This document shows, piece by piece, positions 47,690 to 56,729 of a DNA stretch of 64,000 nucleotides. The position numbers were made by a program, and so were the translations under genes. Source of the DNA: Dehalococcoidia bacterium. GTDB taxonomy: Bacteria > Chloroflexota > Dehalococcoidia > Lucifugimonadales > CBDBON01. The DNA lies in assembly GCA_965208395.1 (NCBI GenBank), contig CBDBON010000002.1, positions 532,010-596,009 on the forward strand, in the 5' to 3' direction. Each line of letters begins with the position of its first letter. Position 1 is the first letter of the stretch. The notes under the pieces were generated by a model that had not been told where the DNA came from, searched no databases, and saw only the letters and a list, made by a program, of their open reading frames with translations.

Positions 47690-48692
47690 CGAGCAGGCAC
47701 TGGCTGTCTTCGAAGGCACGCCAGCTTCGACTTCTAGCGACCGACTTCGGGCCGCTCGGTTCCTTGCGCAGAATGCGACCAACACCCATCAAACGCGGTT
47801 GACGAAGATTAGGGAGGCCGAACGCAATTCCTGGGTCCGCAAGGCGCTTGATCAAGCCCTGAAACGATCCAGAAAGGGAAAAGCAGAACCCGCGATAGTT
47901 TCCATTGAAGACGTGCAGGAGACACCCATAGACGCCCGCCTCTACGAGGAACTTCGTGCCCAAGCAATAGAAGAGACATCTGCGTGGTTCCTGCATGAGT
48001 TGCGTCCGCTCGTCGGTTTCCTTGATGAGGACGCGGACGCCGAAATAGATCGCTACACATGTAGTAGAACTAAGGTCTCGATAGACCGAGTTCAGTCGTT
48101 CCTTGACGCTATAGACAGACTGCGGAAGGCCGCCGCAGCTCCGGCGATACAGGAATTTGACCTGACCGATCTGGTAGTCCGAGTTGCGGAAGATGAAGCC
48201 AAGCAAGGCAGAGCCGCTCTTCATGACGCCAAAGAGGACGTGAATGAGGACGTCGGTCTAGACGATGACGGGGAATATGTCCCCCAGCAAAGGGTCATCA
48301 CATTGTCGCTCGCCCGTCGGGAGCCAGTCATCACGGCGGGTGATCCTCAACTGATCGAAATGGCAGTCGCAAACGCCCTTCGGAATGCAATCGAAGCTGT
48401 CATGGAGGTACAAGAGGAGGACCGACGGGACGTTACCCTCAATTGGGGTATAACCGATACTGATAGTTGGATCGTGGTATTAGACGAAGGATGCGGGCTT
48501 CCGCCAGGATCGGATCGTCTCACCGTGCCCGGTGCCAGTACCAAGTCGAAGAGTGGAGGCAATCTAGGAATGGGGTTGCCGATAGCACTAAGAGCAATGG
48601 AATCGATGCGAGGAACGTTGCAACTTACACCCCGGTCGGGTGCTGGCGTTTCATGTGAGATCCGATGGCCTTACGGAGATATGGTCGAGTGA
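47676..48692 (+). CDS. Soluble histidine kinase (no TM segments; HEAT-like N-terminus)
   Basis: H-box FLHELRPLVGF, N-box ANALRNAIEA, G1 VLDEGCGLP and G2 GGNLGMGLPIA. It overlaps the ATPase stop by 14 nt. Confidence 0.75.
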   Translation: MGVNNEQALAVFEGTPASTSSDRLRAARFLAQNATNTHQTRLTKIREAERNSWVRKALDQALKRSRKGKAEPAIVSIEDVQETPIDARLYEELRAQAIEETSAWFLHELRPLVGFLDEDADAEIDRYTCSRTKVSIDRVQSFLDAIDRLRKAAAAPAIQEFDLTDLVVRVAEDEAKQGRAALHDAKEDVNEDVGLDDDGEYVPQQRVITLSLARREPVITAGDPQLIEMAVANALRNAIEAVMEVQEEDRRDVTLNWGITDTDSWIVVLDEGCGLPPGSDRLTVPGASTKSKSGGNLGMGLPIALRAMESMRGTLQLTPRSGAGVSCEIRWPYGDMVE

Positions 48693-49873
48693 AAGTCCTA
48701 ATCGTTGAGGATGAGACAGACGTCATAACTAGGCTCGATGAGCGCCTACTTCGGTCAACACCTGGCATTGAGACTGTCATCGCGCGCAGTAGGTCCAGTG
48801 GGATTGCAGTACTCCGAAACGATGAGTTTGACTTCATTATCTGCGATTTACGGCTGCCACCTAATGACGGAGGCCTGGATACAGACGAGGCACACGGACT
48901 TGCGGTATATGCGGAGTCAAGGAGCGTCTGTCCTGGCACGCCTTGCTTGTTCTTTACTGGGTTTGACACAAGTCCAGAAGTTAAAGAGCAGCTTTCGAGC
49001 GGCGGAACACACGATATCTTTGGAACTAGTGAAAGCTATGCTATGACGCGAATCCTGACCAAAGATAGATTCTTATCATGTATAGAACGGCTGGAGGCCT
49101 TCAATACGGAACTGGCCGTACTGGACGCAATCGACATTGAACTTTCTAGTGGTAACCGTAATCTTGATCAGTTCGAAGAACGTGCGTTGCAAATGCAAGC
49201 AAGGTCTCTAGGTGCGGAGAGCATTGAAGCTAGCGCTCTAGGTGGACTTTCTGGTGCTCAGACTATGAGAGCGTGGTTTAAGGACGAACAGGAGCGCACA
49301 CTTGGTTCCTACTTCGTTAAGATTGATAAGCGGGCGAACATAGAGAAGGAACGGAAGAACTACCATCAACACGTCAGCCCACTTCTTAAGATGGGGCACT
49401 ATCCTGCGCTAACTCGTGACATTGTGGCGGGTATAGGCAAACGAGAGGCTCTCTTCTACCAGCTAGCAGACGACTATGTAGAGAGTCTGTTTGACGTTCT
49501 GGAGAATTGTGAGAGCGCTGCAATATCTGCAGTAAAGGAAGTGCGGAGCATTCTAGCTCCGTGGGCCGATGTGAGTGCAAAGAAAACCGTACACGTTCGT
49601 GATCTTAGGACACTGCGAATCGACGAGACAGATTTCCAACCATATCGTGATGCCCTTGGCTTCACAGAACGATTCGAAGTCATCAAACTGGAGATGACGA
49701 CAAGTCGTCAGCATGGAGACCTACACGGGTTCAATATCCTCTGCAACGACTCCGGTACTCCAGTTGTCATAGATTTCGGTAACGTAGGACCTGCACCAAC
49801 TTGCATCGATCCGGTAATACTGGAGCTTTCTGTCTTGTTCCATTGTCAAACGCCAGGAGCTATGTACCAGTAG
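48665..49873 (+). CDS. Response-regulator receiver fused to a protein-kinase/APH-like domain; 3' end replaced by IS21 sequence from nt 49844
   Basis: REC blocks: KVLIVEDE, DFIICDLRLP, LFFTG. Kinase-like blocks: YFVKID, HGDLHGFNILC, VVIDFGNVG. The last 9 codons (CQTPGAMYQ*) lie inside the IS21 left inverted repeat. An alternative GTG start at 48689 overlaps the HK stop. Confidence 0.7.
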   Translation: MALRRYGRVKVLIVEDETDVITRLDERLLRSTPGIETVIARSRSSGIAVLRNDEFDFIICDLRLPPNDGGLDTDEAHGLAVYAESRSVCPGTPCLFFTGFDTSPEVKEQLSSGGTHDIFGTSESYAMTRILTKDRFLSCIERLEAFNTELAVLDAIDIELSSGNRNLDQFEERALQMQARSLGAESIEASALGGLSGAQTMRAWFKDEQERTLGSYFVKIDKRANIEKERKNYHQHVSPLLKMGHYPALTRDIVAGIGKREALFYQLADDYVESLFDVLENCESAAISAVKEVRSILAPWADVSAKKTVHVRDLRTLRIDETDFQPYRDALGFTERFEVIKLEMTTSRQHGDLHGFNILCNDSGTPVVIDFGNVGPAPTCIDPVILELSVLFHCQTPGAMYQ

Positions 49874-49975
49874 AAGGAGAGATCGCCAGGACCTTTAGAC
49901 CACTTCGCCAGGAGGATGACCACCCTGGGCGCCGGATTGGCGACCATTGCTGGAGCCTTGATGCAAGGAGCAGCG

Positions 49976-51562
49976 ATGGCGTACAGGGAGGTGTCGAGAG
50001 TGGAGATAGCAGAAGTGGTCCGACGCTGGCAGTCGGGTAACAGCCAGCGGCAGATAGCGACCGGTACAGGTTTGTCGCGGGCGACAGTCCGCCGGTACAT
50101 CGCGGCGGCGCTGGGAGCGGGTCTGACGCGCGACGGTCCGGCTGCGAGCGAAGATCAACTGAGTCGTCTGTCTGGGCTGAACGTGAGCAGTCCTCGGAAG
50201 GTCGAGGCACCGACCGAGGAGATACTCGCCCCATGGGCCGCCCAGGTCTACGAGTGGCTGACCGCCGATAGGTTGCAACTGACCCGCATCCACGAGTTGC
50301 TTGCGGACCGGAACTGCCGGGTCTCCTACACATCGTTGAGGAGGTTCATCCAGCGACGGGGCTGGCAGAGGCGAAGTCCAACGACGGTCCGGATGGGAGA
50401 GAGAGCGCCGGGCGAAGTGGCGGAGATGGACTTCGGTCGCCTGGGCCTGATGGAAGACGCTGAGACCGGCCGCCGCCGCGTGGTCTGGGCCCTGATCGTC
50501 GTCCTGACGTACTCGCGGCACAGCTTCGTCTGGCCGACCTTCAGCCAGAAGCTCGTCGACGTGATCGACGGGTTGGAGGCTGCCTGGGCCTTCTTCGAGG
50601 GTGTGCCCAAGTACCTGGTGATCGACAACTTCCCTGCGGCCGTGGCCGGCCCCGACCGGCTCCATCCCCGCCTGACGCGCGGCTTCCTGGAGTACTCCCA
50701 GCACCGGGGCTTCATCGCAGACCCCGCAAGGGTGCGCCATCCTCGCGACAAGCCGCGTGTGGAGCGCGGAGTGCCCTACGTCCGCGAGAGGTTCTTCAAG
50801 GGAGGGACCTTCACCGACCTTGCGGACATGAGGTCTGAGGCCAGGCGGTGGTGCGTGGAGGTGGCCGGCCAGAGGGTGCACGGCACCACCCGCAGGCAGC
50901 CCCTGACCGTCTTCCGGCAGGAGGAGCGCAGTGCGTTGGGGGAGTGGAACGGAGAGCCCTACGAGATGACCGACTGGCGCACTGCCAAGGTCCATCCCGA
51001 CCACCACGTGGCCTGCCAGTACGCCCTCTACTCGGTGCCGTCTGAGATATGTCCGCCCGGCCAGAAGGTGGAGGTGCGGCTCGGCAGCAAGCTGGTGCGC
51101 ATCTACTACCGGGGCAGGCTGATCAAGGTCCACCCACGGAAGGGCCGCGGCGGCAGGTCCACCGACCCTGAAGACTACCCGTCGGAGCTGAGCGCCTACA
51201 CCCTCAGGGCTCCTGATCGGATCAAGCTCAGCGCAGCTTCGCACGGACCGGCCGTGGCGGCCTATGCCGAGCGCCTCTTCGACGGCCCACTGCCCTGGGC
51301 CAGGATCCGGCAGGGGCACAAGCTCATACGGTTGGGAGAACGCTACTCCCCTGAACGTCTCGACGCTGCCTGCCGCAGGGCTCTGTCAGTAGACCTGATC
51401 GACGTGGCACGTCTCGAGCGCATCCTCGTAGAGGCCCTGGAGCAGGAGACAGCGGAGACAGAGCCTCCACCGATGCCTCCGGGTCGGTTCGCCAGGTCCG
51501 GGTCCGTCTTCGCTCATGCCAACGGCATCGCCACTCAACCAGCACAAGGAGAATGCCCATGA
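49976..51562 (+). CDS. istA: IS21 transposase IstA
   Basis: N-terminal HTH (MAYREVSRVEIAEVVRRWQSGNSQRQIATGTGLSRATVRRY), a DDE integrase core (..MDFG..VLTYSRHSFV..VIDN..PKVERGV..) and a C-terminal region. Confidence 0.9.
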   Translation: MAYREVSRVEIAEVVRRWQSGNSQRQIATGTGLSRATVRRYIAAALGAGLTRDGPAASEDQLSRLSGLNVSSPRKVEAPTEEILAPWAAQVYEWLTADRLQLTRIHELLADRNCRVSYTSLRRFIQRRGWQRRSPTTVRMGERAPGEVAEMDFGRLGLMEDAETGRRRVVWALIVVLTYSRHSFVWPTFSQKLVDVIDGLEAAWAFFEGVPKYLVIDNFPAAVAGPDRLHPRLTRGFLEYSQHRGFIADPARVRHPRDKPRVERGVPYVRERFFKGGTFTDLADMRSEARRWCVEVAGQRVHGTTRRQPLTVFRQEERSALGEWNGEPYEMTDWRTAKVHPDHHVACQYALYSVPSEICPPGQKVEVRLGSKLVRIYYRGRLIKVHPRKGRGGRSTDPEDYPSELSAYTLRAPDRIKLSAASHGPAVAAYAERLFDGPLPWARIRQGHKLIRLGERYSPERLDAACRRALSVDLIDVARLERILVEALEQETAETEPPPMPPGRFARSGSVFAHANGIATQPAQGECP

Positions 51563-52344
51563 CCACCGCCACCGAACTGACGCCGCTGCTCAAGCGCCTC
51601 AAGCTCGGAGCCATGCTCAACACACTGCCCGAGAGGATCGCCCTCGCACGCAGAGAGGAGCTCGACTACGCATCCTTCCTGCAGGTGATCCTCACCGACG
51701 AGGTCAACCGCAGGGACCACAGGCGACTGGAGCTCCGACTCCAGCAAGCCGGCTTCGATCAGGTCTGCCGCCTCGAAGACTTCGACTGGTCCGCATCCAT
51801 CACGCTCGACCGCCGGCTCCTCGACGCCGCCTTCTCACTCCAGTTCCTACCGCGCAACGAGCACGTCCTGCTCGTCGGCCCGGTCGGCGTGGGCAAGAGC
51901 TTCCTCGCACAGGCTCTAGGATATGCAGCCGTCCGGGCGGGACACTCCGTCCGCTTCATACGCGCAGACGACTTCTTCAGGGCCATGGCCCAGGCCAGGG
52001 TGGACCACTCCACCGACAAGACCTTCCGGTCCTTCCTCTCCCCAGACCTGCTCATCCTCGACGACCTCGGTCTCCACAGGCTGGCTCAGCAGCAGTCGAT
52101 AGACCTCTACGAGCTGGTCATCGCTAGGCACCGCACTTCCAGCTTCGTCGTCACATCCAACAGGGCCGTCGACGAGTGGCTCGGACTCTTCGACGATCCC
52201 ATCCTGGGCAACAGCGCCCTCGACCGGCTCGCCAACGCCAGCTACCAGATCGTTATCGAGGGCGACAGCTACCGGCAACGTCTGTCACCACACAGGGCGC
52301 TGCTCGACAGAAAGGAGGTGGTTGACCCTCAAACGCCGCAGTGA
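51553..52344 (+). CDS. istB: IS21 helper ATPase IstB
   Basis: Walker A GPVGVGKSF, Walker B LLILDDLG and the tail DRLANASYQIVIEGDSYR. It overlaps the istA stop. Confidence 0.9.
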   Translation: MPMTTATELTPLLKRLKLGAMLNTLPERIALARREELDYASFLQVILTDEVNRRDHRRLELRLQQAGFDQVCRLEDFDWSASITLDRRLLDAAFSLQFLPRNEHVLLVGPVGVGKSFLAQALGYAAVRAGHSVRFIRADDFFRAMAQARVDHSTDKTFRSFLSPDLLILDDLGLHRLAQQQSIDLYELVIARHRTSSFVVTSNRAVDEWLGLFDDPILGNSALDRLANASYQIVIEGDSYRQRLSPHRALLDRKEVVDPQTPQ

Positions 52345-52444
52345 TAATAGTCCGCATACCGGTTCTCAGGGTGGCTCAATGATCCTGGCGACGACTGGTA
52401 CATAGGTCTTGGCGAACGACAAACAACTCCGTATCCAACAGTCG

Positions 52445-53134
52445 ATGATGTCTGAGGCCCAGCGATCGATGTCGGCTTTGATGACTTCCTATCGTATGTT
52501 CGGCGAGTCAATCCGAGGTATGGATGATCTGATAGAGTTGCCGTCTTTTGTGTTGCCTGGTGCGACTCGAGAGATAGCCATTACCGGTCACGTCTTGGAT
52601 GTACTCTACACCGCAGAAGATGAAACTCAAGAGGAAGCCGGAGAACCAGAACCCTACCCCATAGTAGAGGAGGAACTTTGGGACTCTGATCTGATCGCCT
52701 TGCTGGAGCGAGTAGGCCCCCAGTTTGTCACGATTTACAGAGGCGCAGTGGCCGCTCTGGACGGTAACAACCCGGATCGCTCGCGGCATGTACTGACTTC
52801 CTTCCGGGAGTTATGGAATCATCTTCTCCGCAAATTGGCACCGAAGAGAGAAGTGGGAGATTGGATTCAGGAACACGGCATTCAAGGATATCTACAAGAC
52901 GGAGAGCCCACGCGACGTGCCAAGATTCGTTACTTGCTGCGGGATCTAGAGGACGAATCCCTGAGAGGATTTGTCGAAGCCGACGCAAGAGCGATGGTGG
53001 AGTTGTACGCACTGTACGGTCGGCTCCATGGACTAGACACCGGTGTTACTGATGAACAACTTCGTGCCGTCGCCTTCAGGACGGAATCTTATCTGAGCTA
53101 CATCCTAAGGGTACGGGAATGGTCCATAGAGTAA
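52445..53134 (+). CDS. Hypothetical protein (helical; no family recognised)
   Basis: Listed ORF 52409..53134, but its TTG start lies inside the IS21 right repeat, so ATG 52445 is used here. It lies between IS21 and an hsdS remnant. Confidence 0.4.
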   Translation: MMSEAQRSMSALMTSYRMFGESIRGMDDLIELPSFVLPGATREIAITGHVLDVLYTAEDETQEEAGEPEPYPIVEEELWDSDLIALLERVGPQFVTIYRGAVAALDGNNPDRSRHVLTSFRELWNHLLRKLAPKREVGDWIQEHGIQGYLQDGEPTRRAKIRYLLRDLEDESLRGFVEADARAMVELYALYGRLHGLDTGVTDEQLRAVAFRTESYLSYILRVREWSIE

Positions 53135-53182
53135 TCTTCCAGATGTCGACTGCCGAGTCGAGAGCATCTATGCTCGCATTGC

Positions 53183-53590
53183 ATGAGGACTATACACCCT
53201 ACCGAACCTATAAGCCCTCCAGCGTCGAACGGCTGGGCGAGATTCGGATCCTTCTGGGTGGGGCGGCTCAAGCATCTCGCGATGGTTAACGACGAAGCGC
53301 ACGCTGAGACCAACGATTCCATTTTGAAGATCCAATACGCAATTGGGAATGTTGATTCAGTTGAGGGGATCACGGGTAGGGAGGCCTTGGTATTCGAAGA
53401 TGCTCCTTCGAGGGCGCGCCGCATCGTTCGTCAAGGCGATGCAGTAGTCTCGACGGTTCGCACGTATCTGAGAGCCATAGCCCGAATCGAAGTTGTCAGC
53501 CCTCTCCCCACCGGCAACGTCCGTAGCGACGCCGACTGCCGTCCCCGCTCGGACTCCACCGCTACGAGCTGTAAGTGGCTGGCGGCGTGA
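53183..53590 (+). pseudogene. Type I R-M specificity-subunit (hsdS) N-terminal remnant
   Basis: ..NGWARFGSFWVGRLKHLAMV.. and ..SRARRIVRQGDAVVSTVRTYLRAIARIE.. match the HsdS TRD-end pattern (..GD.l.s.vR.yL..ia..). No second TRD or conserved helices are present, and the tail overlaps the next gene. Confidence 0.5.
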
Positions 53591-55565
53591 TCCCGTGGAA
53601 GATCGAGTATTCTGAGATCACCACATCCTCTCCGTCGATAGTGCCCCAGACCACGATTGTGTAGACACCCATGCCGAACTGACTCAGCACACCCTCGACG
53701 TTTGCACTAACCGTGAAACTGTCTCTATAGACCCTCCACTCGTTGGCGGTGATCCATGGAACCGTGATGAGCTGCCCCACAGGGTTCAGGCTCTTCATAT
53801 AGGTCTCCTGCCAGAACCTGTGAGCTTGATCCGGGGACTGAGGGGCGGGTGCATCCGCCGGAACTTCATACGGACTTGCGCATGGTTTGTGCGACCACGT
53901 GAACTCGTGGGAGTCATAGAACCATCCACCAAGTAGGGGAGCCCTCAATGATGCCACGAGTCGGCCTCTGTCGTAGCAGTAGGTTCTGGATAGTTGTCCT
54001 CTTGTTAGTGATTGTGGAGGCTGATCGTAGAACACCTGAACCCCTAGATCATTGGACAGCTGAACCTCTTCTGAAACCTTCCCAGACAGTTGTAGGACGG
54101 TCCCACTGATGGAGGGTAGTTGATCGTACTGCACGTAGTCTCCCTCGAAGTGCTGATACGTCATCAGGTTGTACCGATCCCAGGCCAATCCTATGTTGAC
54201 CTTCTTGTGGTACTTGTCCAGGATATTACTCCGGTGGCCCTCACTGCTCATCCAGCTGTCCATTGCGTCCTTGATCTCTTCTTTGATTGGGTCTAGGGAA
54301 GTGTACTGGTGTCCTCGCGGGCTTCTGGTCTGTGAGGTGATGCAAAAGTCTAGGCCGAGTCCATTCTCCCCGTTAGACTGGTACCCTCCAGCGAGGCTGT
54401 ACCTCATGTAGGGTTTGAGGCCATCAGAATCCCAGTGAGAGGAGTAGCATCCTGCTAGAGAGACCTCGGCGTGCAGTTGAGCTGCGATGTTATCTCCAAG
54501 GACGACTGGGGGGACTCCGGCTTTGACCCGCTCGGCGTTGATCAACTCCAGCATGTAGAGCTTTTCGTCCATGTGACGAAGATTCGCGCGTGGAACTGAA
54601 GTTGCTGTAGGCACTGGTGTGGGCGTGTTGGTCGGCGTTGCTGTGGGTATCGGTGTGCTTGTTGGCGCTGGAGTAGGTATGGGAGTGGGGGTGCCCGTTG
54701 CTGCCGGCAAGGGTGTGGGCGTGATAGTTGGTGTCGCCGTCGGAGTATGTGTAGGTACGTGCTCAACTGTGGGAACTATAGTTCCCTGGTACCACTGGAC
54801 TCTTCCTCTGTGAAACTGCCTCTCAGTCTTCGTAGGGGTTGAGGTCGGAGTTGGAGTTGGCTCGGCCGTGACTGTAGCCGTGGTAGGAGGCTCTGGCGTG
54901 GATGTCTCCGTGGGAGTAGCTGTCACCACAATGATCTGGGGGGTAGGATCCTCAAAGAACTCTTGGAGATCGTCCCCGTACCTGTCGCCAAGCGCAAAGG
55001 CGACGCCAACGACAGCTGCCAACACAACGATGGATAGCAGGACCTTCACGAAGGGAGATCTTCCACGTCGAGGTGCACCTCCTCGAGACTGACCACCCCA
55101 GCCCCCCTCGGCCCCGAGCGAAGCTCCGCCGCCGAGCATGCCTGCTGGGCTGCCGACCTTGCGGCTAGGTTGATCGGTACGCGGGCGGTCAACACGTGAC
55201 TGGCGAACGGGTGCCTCAGCGTGTGGCTCGCCCAGTGGCGCTCCGGAAACAGGACGCCGGCGGTGCGGTCCCGCGTCTCCTCGATCCACGGGCTCGCCGT
55301 CTCCCTCGACTCCGGGATCAGCTCGTCCCGGCTCTTCCTGTAGTCGATCGTCACCCTCAACGCCGCCTAGAGCTCCGGTTGGACCGGCACCAGACGCGCC
55401 TTCGCGCCTCTCCACCCATCCTTTCCCAAAACACAGTGGGCATCTTGTCCGGGTACCACCAACACTAGTGGCCCACTGGCCGATGACGACACCATCGCCC
55501 TCACATGTCCGGCAGCGTTGCCACTCATGTCCCGGAGCGGGAGCACGGGTTGGTTTCGGCTTCAT
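53562..55565 (-). CDS. Membrane-anchored secreted protein: N-terminal CxxC zinc ribbon, TM helix, T/P-rich linker, CAP/SCP (YkwD-like) domain, C-terminal domain
   Basis: CRTCEGDG...CPLCFGKGW; TM VLLSIVVLAAVVGVAFAL; a long PTPT linker; CAP-like LELINAERVKAGVPPVVLGDNIAAQLHA...SSHWDSDG...GENG...SEGHRSNIL. ATG 55565 overlaps the upstream stop (ATGA). Confidence 0.65.
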   Translation of the reverse strand: MKPKPTRAPAPGHEWQRCRTCEGDGVVIGQWATSVGGTRTRCPLCFGKGWVERREGASGAGPTGALGGVEGDDRLQEEPGRADPGVEGDGEPVDRGDAGPHRRRPVSGAPLGEPHAEAPVRQSRVDRPRTDQPSRKVGSPAGMLGGGASLGAEGGWGGQSRGGAPRRGRSPFVKVLLSIVVLAAVVGVAFALGDRYGDDLQEFFEDPTPQIIVVTATPTETSTPEPPTTATVTAEPTPTPTSTPTKTERQFHRGRVQWYQGTIVPTVEHVPTHTPTATPTITPTPLPAATGTPTPIPTPAPTSTPIPTATPTNTPTPVPTATSVPRANLRHMDEKLYMLELINAERVKAGVPPVVLGDNIAAQLHAEVSLAGCYSSHWDSDGLKPYMRYSLAGGYQSNGENGLGLDFCITSQTRSPRGHQYTSLDPIKEEIKDAMDSWMSSEGHRSNILDKYHKKVNIGLAWDRYNLMTYQHFEGDYVQYDQLPSISGTVLQLSGKVSEEVQLSNDLGVQVFYDQPPQSLTRGQLSRTYCYDRGRLVASLRAPLLGGWFYDSHEFTWSHKPCASPYEVPADAPAPQSPDQAHRFWQETYMKSLNPVGQLITVPWITANEWRVYRDSFTVSANVEGVLSQFGMGVYTIVVWGTIDGEDVVISEYSIFHGITPPATYSS

Positions 55566-56176
55566 TCCGAATAGTCTGACGCACCCATCAGCAACCGTGC
55601 CCATTTTGCCGCAGCGTCCCACGATGCGCGGGCAGGCCGACGATAGCAACCGGGTCGTGCCACAGAATACGCTTTTGTCACATTCCGTATTCCCGGCACA
55701 CGCCTCACTCTTGCATAGGCCTTATCGCCGAGAGCTATCACCGGCAACCCTTCCAAGAGATCCAGTTGCTGACCGAGAAACCGGGACGCACACTCTTTCT
55801 CAGCATCCGACGGAACACGCCCCGCTGCCTCAGGGGCTGAACACAGATATGTCTCGGTTATCCATGCCTTCCTCAATTGATCCCTGAGCCGAAGCCCAGG
55901 GAATACCTGATCCAGCAAGTACCTCAGATTTCTGTGGAAAAGGCTACCGTCTCCACTGAGGAGCCTGAACGTATGCTGACAAGTCTGCGCCAGCTGGTCA
56001 CCCAACTCATACTTTTCCCCCACAAGCGGGTTTCCAGGCTCAGCTACCAAAATCACGACCTCGATCTCATCAATAGACCCCAGGCCACCAACAAACCCGC
56101 GAGGAACGTGGCCCAGTACGGGCTTCCATCTGGCAACTCCTCTGCAGGCACCACTAAAACCCGGACACGGGGGCAT
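55562..56176 (-). CDS. Uracil-DNA-glycosylase-superfamily-like protein (tentative)
   Basis: 204 aa. VVILVAEPGNP resembles the GE(A/G)PG motif of family 4/5 UDGs. A clear HPS-type motif B was not found. Confidence 0.35.
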   Translation of the reverse strand: MPPCPGFSGACRGVARWKPVLGHVPRGFVGGLGSIDEIEVVILVAEPGNPLVGEKYELGDQLAQTCQHTFRLLSGDGSLFHRNLRYLLDQVFPGLRLRDQLRKAWITETYLCSAPEAAGRVPSDAEKECASRFLGQQLDLLEGLPVIALGDKAYARVRRVPGIRNVTKAYSVARPGCYRRPARASWDAAAKWARLLMGASDYSE

Positions 56177-56729
56177 AAGCCGGTTCCAAGATCTCTACGA
56201 GCTCCCTCGCTGGCGAGTAACGCATCATGTTATTCCATCCATGAACTGCATCGGATCGGGCAGTTCTCTGATCTGCCTGAGTTGTTTGATTGGGGGACTA
56301 TATACGTGCGTGCCCAAGGGTCCATTCGGCGGTCTGTCAGTCTTGGCGGCGGGTGATCTCAATCACTTGATGGGGATGGGGAGCGGCTAGACTGGTCTAT
56401 CGGAGTATTTCGAGTGCTTCGGCTTGTGGGCTGCGGCTGTCAAGCGCATCGCATTTGCGTCGGTCTGGGGTTGAGCCACAGTTTTCGGTCATCCAAGAGA
56501 CCAGCCTGCACAACCTTCAGGAATCTGAGTACTATGATATGAATGAATAGCATGACATCGACGTCGCGCCGATTCAGAAACTGTTGGCAACCGGCAAAAG
56601 TGGGAACAGTGTGAGAGGCGAGATCATGGATTGGATGGAGGTCACAGGAGCTCCCTGAGGAAGTACCACCGCAAGACGTCGGTGCACATCTCGGTGGCGT
56701 CGGCGAATCGCCCCCCTGCATCAGCACCT

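Larger units (their letters stand above)
49844..52421 (+). mobile_element. IS21-family insertion sequence (istA, istB, imperfect terminal inverted repeats)
   Basis: Left end TGTCAAACGCCAGGAGCTATGTACCAG versus reverse complement of the right end TGTCGTTCGCCAAGACCTATGTACCAG (22 of 28 positions match). The ends are TGT...ACA. No direct target duplication was seen. Confidence 0.85.

Noticed and set aside
49895-51319. 474-aa ORF antisense to istA
   Set aside because: It is a shadow ORF opposite a clearly recognisable IS21 transposase.
52409-52444. TTG start of ORF 52409..53134
   Set aside because: It lies inside the IS21 right inverted repeat (which ends at 52421). The first ATG at 52445 is used instead.
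55566-55649. 28-codon extension of the CAP-domain protein
   Set aside because: It overlaps the upstream gene. ATG 55565 forms an ATGA junction.
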